Origin: Hydrolagus colliei
Taxonomy: Eukaryota
Reading direction: 5' to 3'
DNA length: 64,000 nt
Assembly: GCA_035084275.1 (NCBI GenBank)
Contig: CM068756.1
Coordinates: forward strand, 14,446,001-14,510,000
In this document: piece after piece, positions 49,844 through 62,276 of the stretch
Numbering within the stretch: position 1 is the stretch's first letter
Layout: each line of letters starts with the position of its first letter
Notes under the pieces: model-generated
The model's input: only the letters and a program-made list of their open reading frames with translations
What the model was told of the DNA's origin: nothing
The model's database searches: none
Translations under genes and position numbers: made by a program

Positions 49844-52800
49844 TCATGTCCACAATCTAAACATTCTGGACCCGATTACCGGTGGTTTCCTGTTCATTGA
49901 TAATTTTATGGGCTACGATATCAATACAATAATTGTGAATGAAACCACAATATTATGTTGAAACACAGAATGCCTCCTTACCTTTCAAGCTGTGAGATTT
50001 TAACATGGTCAACAATGAAGATGGTCAACACTATCACTACCAAGAAACAGAATATAAACCGTAACATCATCATGTTCTCCGACATTCCACCATAATATCC
50101 ATTCCTCCCAGAAGCTAGAAAACAAAAATCGGAATGTAGCATGTTTACTGGATAATCTACGGGATAATGAGGCTGTATTGGGAAAATGCACATTTTCTTA
50201 ATTAATTTCTATTTGAAGCTGCAATGAGGAGGACTAATATAATCAACTGTGAATTTAGGTGATTGAAAACAACTGAGAATTGTGGTGAAACATCAAGGCA
50301 CAGGCAGTTTATTAGTGATGTTATAGAGACACAGTTACACATTATGTAGTAACAGTTCCCCGAGACTATGTGCTGAGGTTCAACTGTTCTAGAGACAAAG
50401 ATTTTTCCGACCCGAGTCATGGATAGTTGGGCACCATCGTAATAAAAACTGGACATCTACCATCACATAGAAAAGGCTATAAAACACCTCATCAACTATT
50501 TTTATTTTAAGTGCAGCAATTATTGCTATAAAGGAGAAAAAGCAGATGATTTGCTCCAACAAGGTGTCAGAAAATTAAATGGATGGTCAGTGAATATAAT
50601 TAATGTTTTATTCGTGAACATGTAAAGTCGAAACGTCCAAATACTGATTTCTCACCTAATTGCAGGTGGAGCGTTCAGGCTATTGCACCTCAGGCAGGTT
50701 ACCAAATAACAAACGTATATTTTGAAAGAGAAATATTTAGAATGTAATACCAAACCCAAAACAATTCTCAGGTTTGAGATTTTCTTCGTTTCAAAGACTC
50801 AATACAGGGCCGTACGCAGGATTTTTTTTTGGGGGGTGCGAATTGCTAGTGATGGGACCAACAATGGCCGGGGGCTTGCGGGCTGCCCCCGAAGCCCCCT
50901 CGAGGTCTCCGACGTTTTACACAGTTCAAGGTCTTATTTAATCGGTTCAGAAGATCTAATATGAACGGTAAATGTTTCATGCCCTTGGTGTTTAAGAGCA
51001 TCATTATTTATTCAGTGTTTATATTTTCCCCGGTAGTCCGTGTCTAATTGGGAAGGTCGAATGTGTTCGTCGATAAAAGCAAACACGATTGTTGACTCGA
51101 TGATGTAAGGAATGCGAACGATAAAGTAAATTACAATCCAATTAACACAGTACAATGACGAATGCTTGATAAATGTATGCGTATAGAGAAAATGATCATA
51201 AACTACAGATTGACGGTACTTAATAAGTTGTTCTGCATTGTTATCCTAAGACTAAATTTCTTTCGGACTGTAATGAACAATAATGTAAGAGTAAAGTATG
51301 AATGATGTGCTCAGATATTCCAGCAAAGCAAATTTTATAAAAGACAAGAAAATATACAGAAACTGAAAATCAGTGTCAAACAGTTAATTCACACGTGTTA
51401 CAAGCCTGTTATCAGCATTATCCTGAAAATATCGTTGAACTGTGAGCAATAGTGTAGTTAGTTTTTATTTATTTATTTAGAATCAAAATTAAAGGCATCA
51501 AGCAATACTGATCTGACGAAAAAATACTTGAAAAAATAAGGGAGGGGAAATTAATTCTTTAATAGCGTTCCGTATTCGAGACGCCTCGGTCGCTTTGAAG
51601 CCAATACGTCAACCGCTCTACCAATATCGATTTTCATATTATAATGAATGTGCATTAACGCGAGGGCTGAAAGTCGCTCTTATACGGAGCAGAATGCTGG
51701 ACACTTAGGCAAACCTCGACCAGGAGATTAGGTGACTCGTGAGGTATATACCAGGCTTCTAAGAGACGCCCTGAACGTTTACTGGCGACAGCATCTGACA
51801 AATAGTGAGCTATATGGTACACTACCACACTGGTATCACAGACATTACCGCAGAGGCGTCTTAGGTTTAGCGGACATAGCTGGAGAAGCCGGGAGGAAAC
51901 TGTCCATAGTGCTACTATCCTATGGGAACCATGGCACGGTCACAGAACACGAGGTAGACCGACCCTAACCTACCTCGCTACATGAAATGCACGGATTATA
52001 TTATTATTCAAAGAGAGAAAGAGTGACTTTCAGAGGAGTCACGTTGAAGAGATTTGTGTAGGAAGAGCTGTTGCTTTGCAGACTCGACTGCACCTGTCCT
52101 TTATATCCCGCTGGTGTGAGGCAGCAGTTCTGGGGACCTCAACTCTAACAGGTGCAGGTTAACAATCCTTTAAGTTATAGCCAATTACGTGACACTGCCC
52201 ACAAACCCTGAAAAGAAATCTCAATTGTCAATCAGTCAGATATGCAACCTCGACCTTGGGAATGTCTTCAGATTCAGAGGCACTGAGTAGGAGGGAAAGA
52301 AAGTTCACACTAACAGTAACTCTGTTCTCCTGTATTACTATCATTTTTATGTTTCCATAAAATGTACAACAGTAGCAGTAAGTACCCTGATATAATGTCC
52401 AGGTTGTTGGTTGCAATTTGCTGCTCGCAAATTGTTCAGCTCATCTACAACAACAACGTAATTAGTTTTGTACAGCGCCTTCACATCAGGAGGTCGTCCA
52501 AAGTTCTGCCTTTCCCATCAATGATGATAATACTCTTTGTATTTGATGCAGCAGCTTGTCATTAATCCGTGACATCTCTTCACAGAATACACTGATTGTG
52601 CGTTTTATCGGCAAAAACGCGGCTACCAATTGCACACGAACACTCATGGATCCAGTGGCAACATTAATATGATTGTTATTGTGAAATATTTTGAAGGCAT
52701 TAATAACCCCGCAAAAGTGATCTGAGAATTCATTTAATGCGCATCCACATGTATAAAGATGTAGAGAAATGAAACCCAACGCTCCCATCTTCCTCCACAA

Positions 52801-55292
52801 ACTGAATCCAACTTCATCCCGATAAGTGTCAAGCTTCAGGTATTTCATGATCTCTGACTTCCTTCACCTGAATAATAATAATCTTTGCATTTTTATATCG
52901 AATTCAATGATTAATGGTATTATTATCTCATGATTGTCATGTTAATCGCTTCAGATGAATCACTCAAATGTAATTTTGTTGTTGGTGTTGTTTACGAATC
53001 AATGCAACTAAACATCCCTATGAGATTTGAATTAACAATAGTTGACTTTTTAAAAGTCACTTAGAATCTTACTTGTGTTAGGTAGTGGGATGGCGTAGCT
53101 TGCAATAGCTGAATTCTTCAGGCTGCTGTGAGACACCAGACAGGTATAAACAGATGCTATCTGGACAGACTGTGTGTCTTCAATAGAGCTAGAGACCTTA
53201 CAGAGTTCCCATGAGTTCTGCTCTTCTATGGTTACTGTCTCTTCCATCTTTATTCCTGATGTTGGTGTAATTTGGTTCTCATCTTTATACCATATGATGG
53301 TGAAATCCTTTGGGTAAAATGCGGTAGTTTCACACACAAGAATCCGATGCTTAGTTGAACTTCCAGATAAAACTCTCAGTGGAGTTGGAGGAACTGTAGA
53401 ATATATAATGGGGGGAAATCGTATTAAATTTCATCAATGAGCAGAACAGACTTTATTTTGATTAATTTCTTTGCAAGATCATGATTCCTGAGTGCAAAAG
53501 AAGGTTCTCTAGATACACAAATATCCCTCTCACAGCAGTAGAAGCATTCCTCTTGCTTCAACTACTTTGTGGTATAACAATTAATGTTGATTCATAATCT
53601 TTGTCTTACATAGTGGAGTTCCTGTAGCTCAGTGGTTAGAGCGCTCGCCTTACAAGCGTGAGACCTGTGTTCGAATCCAGGCAGATCAGGGCAAAACCTT
53701 GGGCATGTTTCCTTACTCCACATGCCTAATAATAATCCCTCCAAAAAAAAAACCAAAATAAAATCGGTCATTTCAATCCATGACTGTTTGTGGGATGCTG
53801 CTGTATGCAATTGGTTGCTGCGTTTCGCTCACAAATATACAGTCAATTCACTTTACAGTATATTGTGTGAAGTCATTTAAGACGTCTAGACGATGTGAAA
53901 AGCGCTAAATCAAATGCAAGGATTATTATTATTATTATTACCAAGTGTAAGAATTAGCAGTTAGAATTCATTTCTGCAAACTCTTGGAACAGAGAAGATA
54001 TAGGATTCTTGACAGATGTGTGCATACTGTGTTCTTCTGGCTCAATTGGCAGCATTCTTCCTTCTGAGTTAGAAGGATACGTGTTCAAACTCCGCGTTGG
54101 GACATGTAATTCACATAGACTATGTTAAAACACCCAATGCAATGCTGTTCTTAGGTTGATAAATTAAACCTGGTTTAGTTCTGCCAGTTATGTTGAACGT
54201 TAAAGATCTCATGTGAATAAATTGGCGGCTGTGTTCGCTTAGAAAGTACTCAGTCTCATGACTTAACAACATATCATGTGCAATGCTTTGGGAGGTGCTG
54301 TATCAAATGAATGGATTGTATGTTTTTAGTCCTGAGAGGATTTGATCAGGTAAAGAGTGAAACACTGAATTTCTAACATGAGTCCGTAAGTTAAAATCTT
54401 TACCACAAACTGTTGGAGGTTGAATTCTGGTTTTACTGAAATTAAACAAAATAGTTTCTGAAGTAGAAGCCATAACACCCTCTCAAAGGAATTTTAAAGT
54501 CACGGTTCCTTTTTATTCTACATGGATCAATTTTATAACTTTTGTAGAATAAGAAATATTTCATCAATTTGTCATGAGTTGTATTACTTCATGTATCACT
54601 TGTACAGATTTTGAAATTAAAATGTTATTTCCACTTAATTTACTCTAATACCTTTATGTGAAATTTATTAATAAACAATGTAAATCACTATATAGAATTC
54701 ACCGTATTATTACTTTCATTGTAATTACCAAATATATTCGCCCTTCATCCACACTCACCCTGCACAGTTAAGCTTGATCCAGGTCCTGTTCCAATTACTG
54801 ATCCCTGAACCATCACTGTGCAGCGATAGACTCCAGAGTCCTGCAAACTCACGTTAAGGAGCTGGAAGAAGCCGCTTCCTTTGCCTTTCACTCCAAATGT
54901 TTTCCTGCTGTCCGCCTGTGTTTCCAAGTAGCCGTCCTCACCCTCTTTTTCCCACTGGAACTGCAGTACTGAACCGCCTTGATAGAAGGGTAACACACAG
55001 CTGAAAGAGACATTTGTCCCTCTGACTGCAGCCACACGTTCGGGGATTTGAATCACTTTGACAAATGAAGCGCAAGGAACTGTCAGAAGTTAAAGTCAAA
55101 CACAGATATATTAGGTGATGTGCCGTGAAGAAAACCAAATGTATAAAAGGGAAAAAAACGCAGGTTTATATGATAAAGGCACATGGACACAAGCTTGCAC
55201 ATGTATCATAGAATATATACGTTATAGCATAAACATATACCTGTTGAAATAAAATATAAGGCACATGGATAGAGAAAGACAACACTCCCCAT
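49844..55292 (-). CDS. Chimeric receptor: B2-type leader-V-C1 (55241-55292, 54759-55079, 53073-53393) spliced to a type-A Arg TM exon (49982-50114) and a short tail (putative 49844-49856), about 276-279 aa
   Basis: The ectodomain exons are near-copies of B2. The only TM exon downstream of C1 is A-type (SGRNGYYGGMSENMMMLRFIFCFLVVIVLTIFIVD). The C1 donor and TM acceptor are both phase 1, so the join is in frame. No B-type TM/ITIM exons occur between 50114 and 53073. Confidence 0.78.
49982..50114 (-). CDS. Type-A transmembrane exon with Arg (A3)
   Basis: ORF 49978-50193 core; acceptor ttttgttttctag, donor AG/GTAAGG; near-identical to 61268-61400. Confidence 0.85.
51740..52000 (+). mobile_element. 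RTE-clade non-LTR retrotransposon C-terminal fragment
   Basis: YTRLLRDALNVYWRQHLTNSELYG, frameshift, then QRRLRFSGHSWRS..ILWEPWHGHRTRGRPTLTY. Confidence 0.6.
53073..53393 (-). CDS. Chimera C1-set exon
   Basis: ORF 53050-53337; 321 nt, phase 1/1. Confidence 0.92.
53613..53940 (+). mobile_element. tRNA-derived SINE, duplicated copy of 39289-39617
   Basis: Same position in copy Y. Confidence 0.85.
54759..55079 (-). CDS. Chimera V-set exon (2 nt different from the B2 V exon)
   Basis: ORF 54745-55056; differs from B2 only by H>D (GEHGY/GEDGY) and one synonymous change. Confidence 0.92.
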
Positions 55293-55367
55293 GTCTGACT
55301 CTGGCTCTGATCAGATGTAATACATAAACGTGGAGTGTTTGATATAGAGTAGGTAGCTGTGACACTG

Positions 55368-55410
55368 ACTTCCTGTTTGTTTGGGTTGGTGAAACCTGGC
55401 TGGTGTGGTT
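55368..55410 (-). promoter_or_regulatory. Chimera proximal promoter ETS+RUNX (copy of the B2 promoter)
   Basis: acttcctgt at 55368-55376, tgtggtt at 55404-55410. Confidence 0.5.
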
Positions 55411-55545
55411 GTTGCAACACGCTTGCAGTAAAATTATGAAAATAATAATTATTCATGGTAATAGAGAAACGTCAATCAAATATATCAACATAAACATTTC
55501 TCTGCCGTCATCCCTCTCCTTGGCACTGCATGACCAGCTGCAGAG

Positions 55546-55945
55546 TAGGGTCCGGTGATATGTCGATATATCGCTTAAACCTGATATAGTTTTCATATCG
55601 ATACGCCAATATAGGTATTTTGAAAAATATCGATATATCAAAAAATCGATATATCGAGGTAAAAAATCGGAATGCACGCACACTGCACTACCAGACCCAG
55701 AATGCTCATCTCTATACAGAATGCACAGACCGAGGTGCAAAGACGCCATATTGTATTCATAGTCATCGTATTCATAGCACCCAGAATGCGTGCGCACCCG
55801 GAACATGCGCTCACCCCGAATGCGCGCGCGAGCCGCACACACATGCACAGTACAAAACCCCCCAAAAATATAGATATTTTGGTATATCTCGATATGAGCC
55901 CATCGATATATCTAAATCGGAAAATTTCCATATCGACGGACCCTA
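55546..55945. mobile_element. hAT-type MITE, duplicated copy
   Basis: TSD CTGCAGAG at 55538-55545 and 55946-55953; TIR tagggtccg/cggacccta. Confidence 0.87.
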
Positions 55946-58900
55946 CTGCAGAGTATCCAAGAACTGTAGTCTGTGCCTTTTCCTCACTGGGTGCTCTCTC
56001 CCTTGATAGTACTATCCATAGACACGTGATTAACTTTCGCACTGATGTCAGCGAAAGGTTAATGTACTTTTCAACTTCCACTGTTGATTCCAGGTATATT
56101 GGTGCTTTATCCGTTTGTGCGTGAATGGCTAGATTTCCCCAGACTTACTCTAACGTAACATGGTAGACAGAAACCATCCCTCTTGCCTTCTGGAAATATT
56201 TCCTTCAGCTTACATACCTTCACTTTCTTGCCAACTAAATAGAGAGAAGCATAATTGCACGGTATAGGAAGTTTCTGTTATTTGAATAACTGGTTGCAGA
56301 CATTGAATTGTATGATATTATTCAGCTTAAACAAAATAATTGGTACTTTCCTTGGAGATGCTGGAATTGCTCAAATCGATAGATAAGTGAATGAACCTAG
56401 CTGCCCCTGCCCTTCCGTCTATTACCCCCTCCCTATGTCTTCCTCATACCCCAGCTCCTACACATACCTGCCTCCACACCTTTGACCTGTCACCCACTCC
56501 TCTCATCCTATAAGTTGTTTAACAAACCACCTACTATCTCAAATTCATCTCTACCCCTCACCTTACCTTCCAGCTCAACCTTCTTGCTACTTATGGACAA
56601 TAAAATTCTCTCACTGTCAACGGGTACCATTCCCACCCTGATATATATGGTCTTCATCTCACCTATCCTTTAAAGCAGCGGATCTCAACCAGGGGTACAT
56701 ATACCCCAAGGCGTAAAAAAAATACTTCCAGGGAGTACAAGTGGCAGTACATTGATTTGTTTAACTATCTTATTTAGCATTTGATAGCCCTCCAAATTGT
56801 ATATTTAATTGTACTGCAAATTGAACTGATCCATGTCCATCTATCAATGCACTCTCTACCTTATTAAACTAGTCTAGAATCTTGGCATCATGTTTGACCA
56901 TGAATTATTCTTTCTAACCCACATCTGTGCAATGTCTTGCTCTGCTTTCCACAACTTCTACTATATCGCCCATTTGTGCTACTATCTTGTACAGTAGGCA
57001 GCCAAAACTCTATTATATGGATTCATTACAACCAAGCTTGACTACGAAAACACCTTACTTGTCGGCCTCCCGAACTTTTGTCTCCAAAGCTTGCAAAATA
57101 ACCCATATATCTACTGGCTTTGTCATTTCCAATGCTAGGCTCCATGAACATATCTCCCCCACCACTTGCCCAAATGTATTTTTGTATTTGTAATTGCTCA
57201 GTGATAATGATGGAATTCGTGAAAATATTTCCCTGTAGATAGTTCTCCAACTTATTACAATTGGTCATAAGCTATGGCATTGAGTGGTACTGCAAAATAC
57301 ACTGTACTGTACTTATAACTTGGAAAGCTGTTAGCTATACTTTTGTTTCGATTGTTTAAGTGTTGCAGCTTAGTTTTGCTGAGATCAAAAATTGTTTGTG
57401 TACCCAATACCTCTGCTGCACGATTTGTGGCCATACCTTCAAGCTGCTGCTGAGCCTCTGACTCTTGTTGCCTAAAATGTCTGTACCACAAAATCGTTTT
57501 TTTTAATGTCTTCAAATGATAGGTGTATATTTTCCACTTTGGCTGTCAATTCATCTGGCTCTCTGACTGTGTTTCAAACTCACACAGGTTACTTAATGGC
57601 CACATAATGGTTTAATGTAGAATCTTTAGAGATGCCATCCTTCACATGAGAAGCTAAATGAAAGGCCACCCTGTCAATTCAAGTAGCAATTGAAGATCCC
57701 ACTGTACTATTCAACAACAAAAGAAAGTATCTTCCAGTTTTCTTGGAATCAGTCCCCCAATTTGATCATTTCCTTTATGGATATTTGGGGGATATTGCTG
57801 TGCACTGAAAACACAGTCAATAAACTTTAGAGTTTATTCTGTGAAGTATGTTGAGACAGCCTCCCAAATATGAAAGAAGTTTGCATTCACATTGATTATG
57901 CTGTCAGCACTGAGGTGAGAAGGTAAGATTTACTTAATGGATGAGCCTCTGATTTTTAAACATGCGACGGTTGCACTCATCAGGACTTGATATACAAATA
58001 GGAAACAAGGACTTGGAAACAAGGTTTGAGGCGGAGACTGATAAGTGGATATTATTTGCATACATGTGGAATTTAACCTTGTGTTGCCATTGAATTCACT
58101 CAGCATGAGCAGGTTATTATTGTGAAGGAAAAGACCAAGGTTAGAACTCCAATGATCTGATTTTACAGACCCAATTACATTTGCAATTGATGAACCTGTG
58201 GGATGGACCAAGAGGAAACACAAACACATGGATTGCATCGAACTTGCCAAGGTGGAAGTTAAAAGGAATCTAGTCATGTTATTTGACAAATCACACATGG
58301 TGTAAAAACATTGCTAGGAGCAATAAACAAGACCAGCAGGGTGTTGTCATATTTACTGCCATACAAAAGTACATTCAGAGACCTGCAGCTCTGTGGTTAG
58401 AGTACTTGCCTTAGAAAGACGAGTCCTGAGTTCAATTTGAGACAGGTCAAAACGTTGGGCAAATTTCCTTACTCCACATGCCTAATAATAGTTCCTCAAA
58501 AAATAATAAATCGGTCATTTTAATCCATGACTGTTTGTGAGACACTGTTGTGTGCAATTGGCTGTTGCCATTCGTCTAATATATATAACAACAACGACAA
58601 AATTGCATTTCTAGAGTGCCTTTCACGGTGGGTGGACCTGTATCAGTTCACTTTGCAGTACAATTGATGAAGCACTTTTAGACAACTGGAACATTTAGAA
58701 GACGTGAAAAGCACTCTATCAAATGCAAGTATTATTATTATTATTTACATTATTACACTGCTCTGGTGGGACAACATCTTGAGTAATGTATAGCAATATA
58801 GCCTCTGTGACATAACGGGGCTTCCCTGTTCCAAATGGGCAATGCAGAGGAAAACAATGAGGATGATTCCCTGCGTTAGAGGAATATGCTTGGAGAGGTG

Positions 58901-61267
58901 TTTAATTGTTTATGGGATTGAAAATCTAACCCCAGATCAACAGTTTAGGTCTGAACAAAACAGCAGAATTAGAGGACATAGGTTTTGAGTTGCAAGGGCA
59001 ATATCAGGATCGATACCCGGTTTTTCTTTACAGCAAGTAAAATAAAAATACCTGGGATAGGTTGGGAGGAAGGTAAGTTGAGACCACCTAATGTGATACA
59101 CAGATTGAGGCTGTGATGGGCAGTTGGTGGGATGGATGTTCAGAAAGGATGAGTGTCAGACAGGCAAAAGGGCGTTCCAGAATGTATACAAACTAAAGAT
59201 GTATTTTATTTTTATGTTTTGCGTTAAACAGACACAAAATACACGCAGCTACAACACCACCTCGTGGAGTATCAGTGCCAACATGAAATATTGCGCCCAC
59301 TTTTTACACCCATTTTGCTACAATACATTACTATACATTGATGAACAACGTTAATAACCCGTGCTCTATACAGCCGGAGACTCTTGTGATAAATTTATCC
59401 TTTGAGATTTACCCATAAGCAGAACGATTGGGGTTTTAACTCTTATTTGTTTCATGTCGGGTATAATATCAGTGGATACACAAAATGCTCAATGGCCACG
59501 TTTCACCCGTTTCACTGCATGTGACGAATTGCACCACATTTTATTGCCTCCCCCCCTCTGTTGATATTTAACATCCTCTCCTCCCAACATACCCCAGTTC
59601 TGACTAAAGGTCGTGGACAAGGTCAGCAGCAGAAGTGAAGCAAATGTATATTTTGGAGGGTTAGATGTTATGTTCTAGACGTTCTGTACAAACGTCCGAT
59701 TCCATTAATAAATCTGATCTGTTTTCACCCTGATAACAAGCTGACCTCCAACAATGCCTCACAAGTGTTTCGCCCCATTAAACATTTCTGTGCCATCTGA
59801 CTTCCTGCCTCAGAGGGTTTATCGAATTGACTTTGTTTTGAGAGTGTAATTCGTAAGTACATATAGTCATTATAGCTGACGTGAAACGTCAGACTCAGAC
59901 ACACTACATTGGGATACAGTGGGCAGTGTGGGACTGCAGGGCTGGTGGAAGGCAAACCGTGTCTTCTTTTACTTAACACATTTTTTTATTCTTAAGTTGG
60001 ACGTGTTTAATATATTTCCACATGTTCTCGCTATTGCTTTTCCCAAGAGCATTGACCATTAATTATTGACAAAGGTTTCCCACAGACCTTGACTGAACAT
60101 TTTATTTATTGCAATTCCAAATGATGAATCAAAGCTGTTATGTTCAAATGTAATGTACGGTACAATCAACTTCATTTGAGATTTTACCGTATGGTATTAC
60201 AGATATCTCACAACAATAGAAATTATTAATAAAACATTAGAGTGGTGGGGGTGGATAATGTAATTGTAGGTTTCTTGCGGCCAAACTGACCAAACTGGTG
60301 TGTAATGTTTTGACCTGGGTCTGGGAAGAAAGTCTGGGAAACCACCAACAGCAAAATTACGTTGGTTTTGCGCCTTTCATGTAGGACCCATGTCCCAAGA
60401 TAACGGGATGTATAACTGCTGATATATAGCGAGTGAAACCAAAACAAGTTGGGTGATATTTCAGTTATATTGCGACTCCTGTGTGGTGTAAGTCAAATGC
60501 CTCAAATCCGTTTGATACAGTCCTGTAGACTGGTTCATAATTTATAATCTTCCTTTTGTTCCAGCCATTGCTTTTCCTCCAGCATAATTCAATCTCCTGG
60601 GATCATTTCTTCCCCACTTCACCTGTAACCAAACAAGCGGTACCAGTGTGAATATCACCAATCCTTTGATTCTATGGTTAAGTGTCCTGATTGCTACTTT
60701 CGACCCAAAACAACATTGAAGTTTCAATCTGAAATGTTCACAACGAGACTGCAAACGGAATATATTTTAGTTTAATTGCAAACAGCGACTAAAGATACCC
60801 AGACAACATTGACATTGATATCCCGCCGATCACTTGGAGATGGAAGCCGAGCCATCACATATTGACTGTCTGATTTGATTTGTCTCTAACACGGTATTAA
60901 TGTATTCTAACACAAAATATTTTCAACTTATCTTGAAGAATGTCCAGTCTCATGTAAGTAGAGCGTGTGGATGACGACACAGACATTAATATACAATATG
61001 AAAACTAATTAACAGATACGGAAGTTATTACACAAACATATTGTTTAATGTTGTTCCAGACGCCTGGAAGTTTGGAGCAGATATCTTTATATCCACTGAT
61101 TATTAGAGAATCCTCCAATAAACAAATCGTCATGTCCACAATCTAAACAGTCTGGACCCGATTACCGGCGGTTTCCTGTTCATTGATAATTTTATGGGCT
61201 ACGATATCAATACAATAATTGTCAATGAAACCACAATATTAGTTTGAAACACAGAATGCCTCCTTAC

Positions 61268-61979
61268 CTTTCAAGCTGTGAGATTTTAACATGGTCAACA
61301 ATGAAGATGGTCAACACTATCACTACCAAGAAACAGAATATAAACCGTAAAATCATCATGTTCTCCGACATTCCACCATAATATCCATTCCTCCCAGAAG
61401 CTAGAAAACAAAAATCGGAATGTGACATGTTTACGGGAGAATCAACGGAATAATTGGGCTGCAGACTTTCTCAATTAATTTCTATTGGACCCATGAGACA
61501 GATATTCAGAGACTTGTGTTTGACAGTTCGCGAATCGAAAGAACTGAGCTTTCGATTCGATTCGCTCAGTTCTAATTGAGCAGAGTTCTAAGTATTTAAA
61601 TGTTATAAAAGACAATTGAACAGAGCGAGAGGGTAATTATGACAGGTTGGCATCCTACCATCCAATCCTGAGTTGGGTTTAGAAACCGTGTAACTGGCAA
61701 CCACTGGATTCCGAAGGGTGACATGAGATGCCAGACAGGTATAAACAACCTCTCTCTCTAAAGGCTGAGTCTCTTCTATAGAGCTGGAAATGTTGAAAAG
61801 TCCATTTGTATTCATTTCTTTCTTTGAATTGATCCCCGTTTTAACTTCATTGCCATCTTTCAGCCACGTGAGCGTTAAATCCCCCGGGAAAAAGTCAGTC
61901 ATTTCACACACAAGAGTCAGAGACTTTGAGGAATTTCCTTCAGGATCTCTGGGGAATATCTTCAGTGGAGTCGGGGGCA
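61268..61979 (-). CDS. Type-A receptor A4, 3' part: C1 exon 61659-61979 and Arg-TM exon 61268-61400; leader and V expected beyond the window
   Basis: C1 VPPTPLKIFP..TLVCEMTDFFPGDLTLTWLKDG..VYTCLASHVTL; TM ..MMILRFIFCFLVVIVLTIFIVD; both open and in phase. Confidence 0.82.
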
Positions 61980-62276
61980 CTGGAGGACAGAGAATAGAGC
62001 AGAATCATGTGATTTGTGATCCGTTGGAATATATAACTTTATGCTCATTTGAATTGTACAATAGCTGTTTCCTTCTTCACGAGCAGCGAAGAAATTGGAA
62101 TGAAAGCTCAGCCACCATTCTAGAGCAACAACAGGCCACATTATACACCGCCCTCATTCAGGATAGTGACCTTAATGCAGATTTAAATAGAGATTTTGCC
62201 ACACATAGAGAAAGACGCAACAAATTCCCATTCACATCAAAACTAATTTTCTTCCACTCTATTAATCTACATTTTG

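Larger units (their letters stand above)
37552..50215. repeat. Segmental duplication copy X (B ectodomain + intergenic + A 3' end)
   Basis: Collinear with 52735-61490. About 4% substitutions in a 300-bp hand-counted sample, plus several insertion/deletion differences. Confidence 0.9.
52735..61490. repeat. Segmental duplication copy Y
   Basis: Collinear with 37552-50215, but lacks the inserts at about 37605-38466, 39712-39785, 41255-41945, 43620-45210, 45870-46385 and 47257-47405. Confidence 0.9.

Noticed and set aside
12655-55079. Rearranging Ig or TCR locus
   Set aside because: Each V already includes its J-like strand in one exon and has its own leader, C1 and TM. There are no separate D/J segments or convincing heptamer-spacer-nonamer sets.
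37552-61490. False duplication from uncollapsed haplotypes
   Set aside because: About 4% divergence, six or more copy-specific indels and a unique 1.9-kb junction argue for true paralogy. Long reads are still needed for proof.
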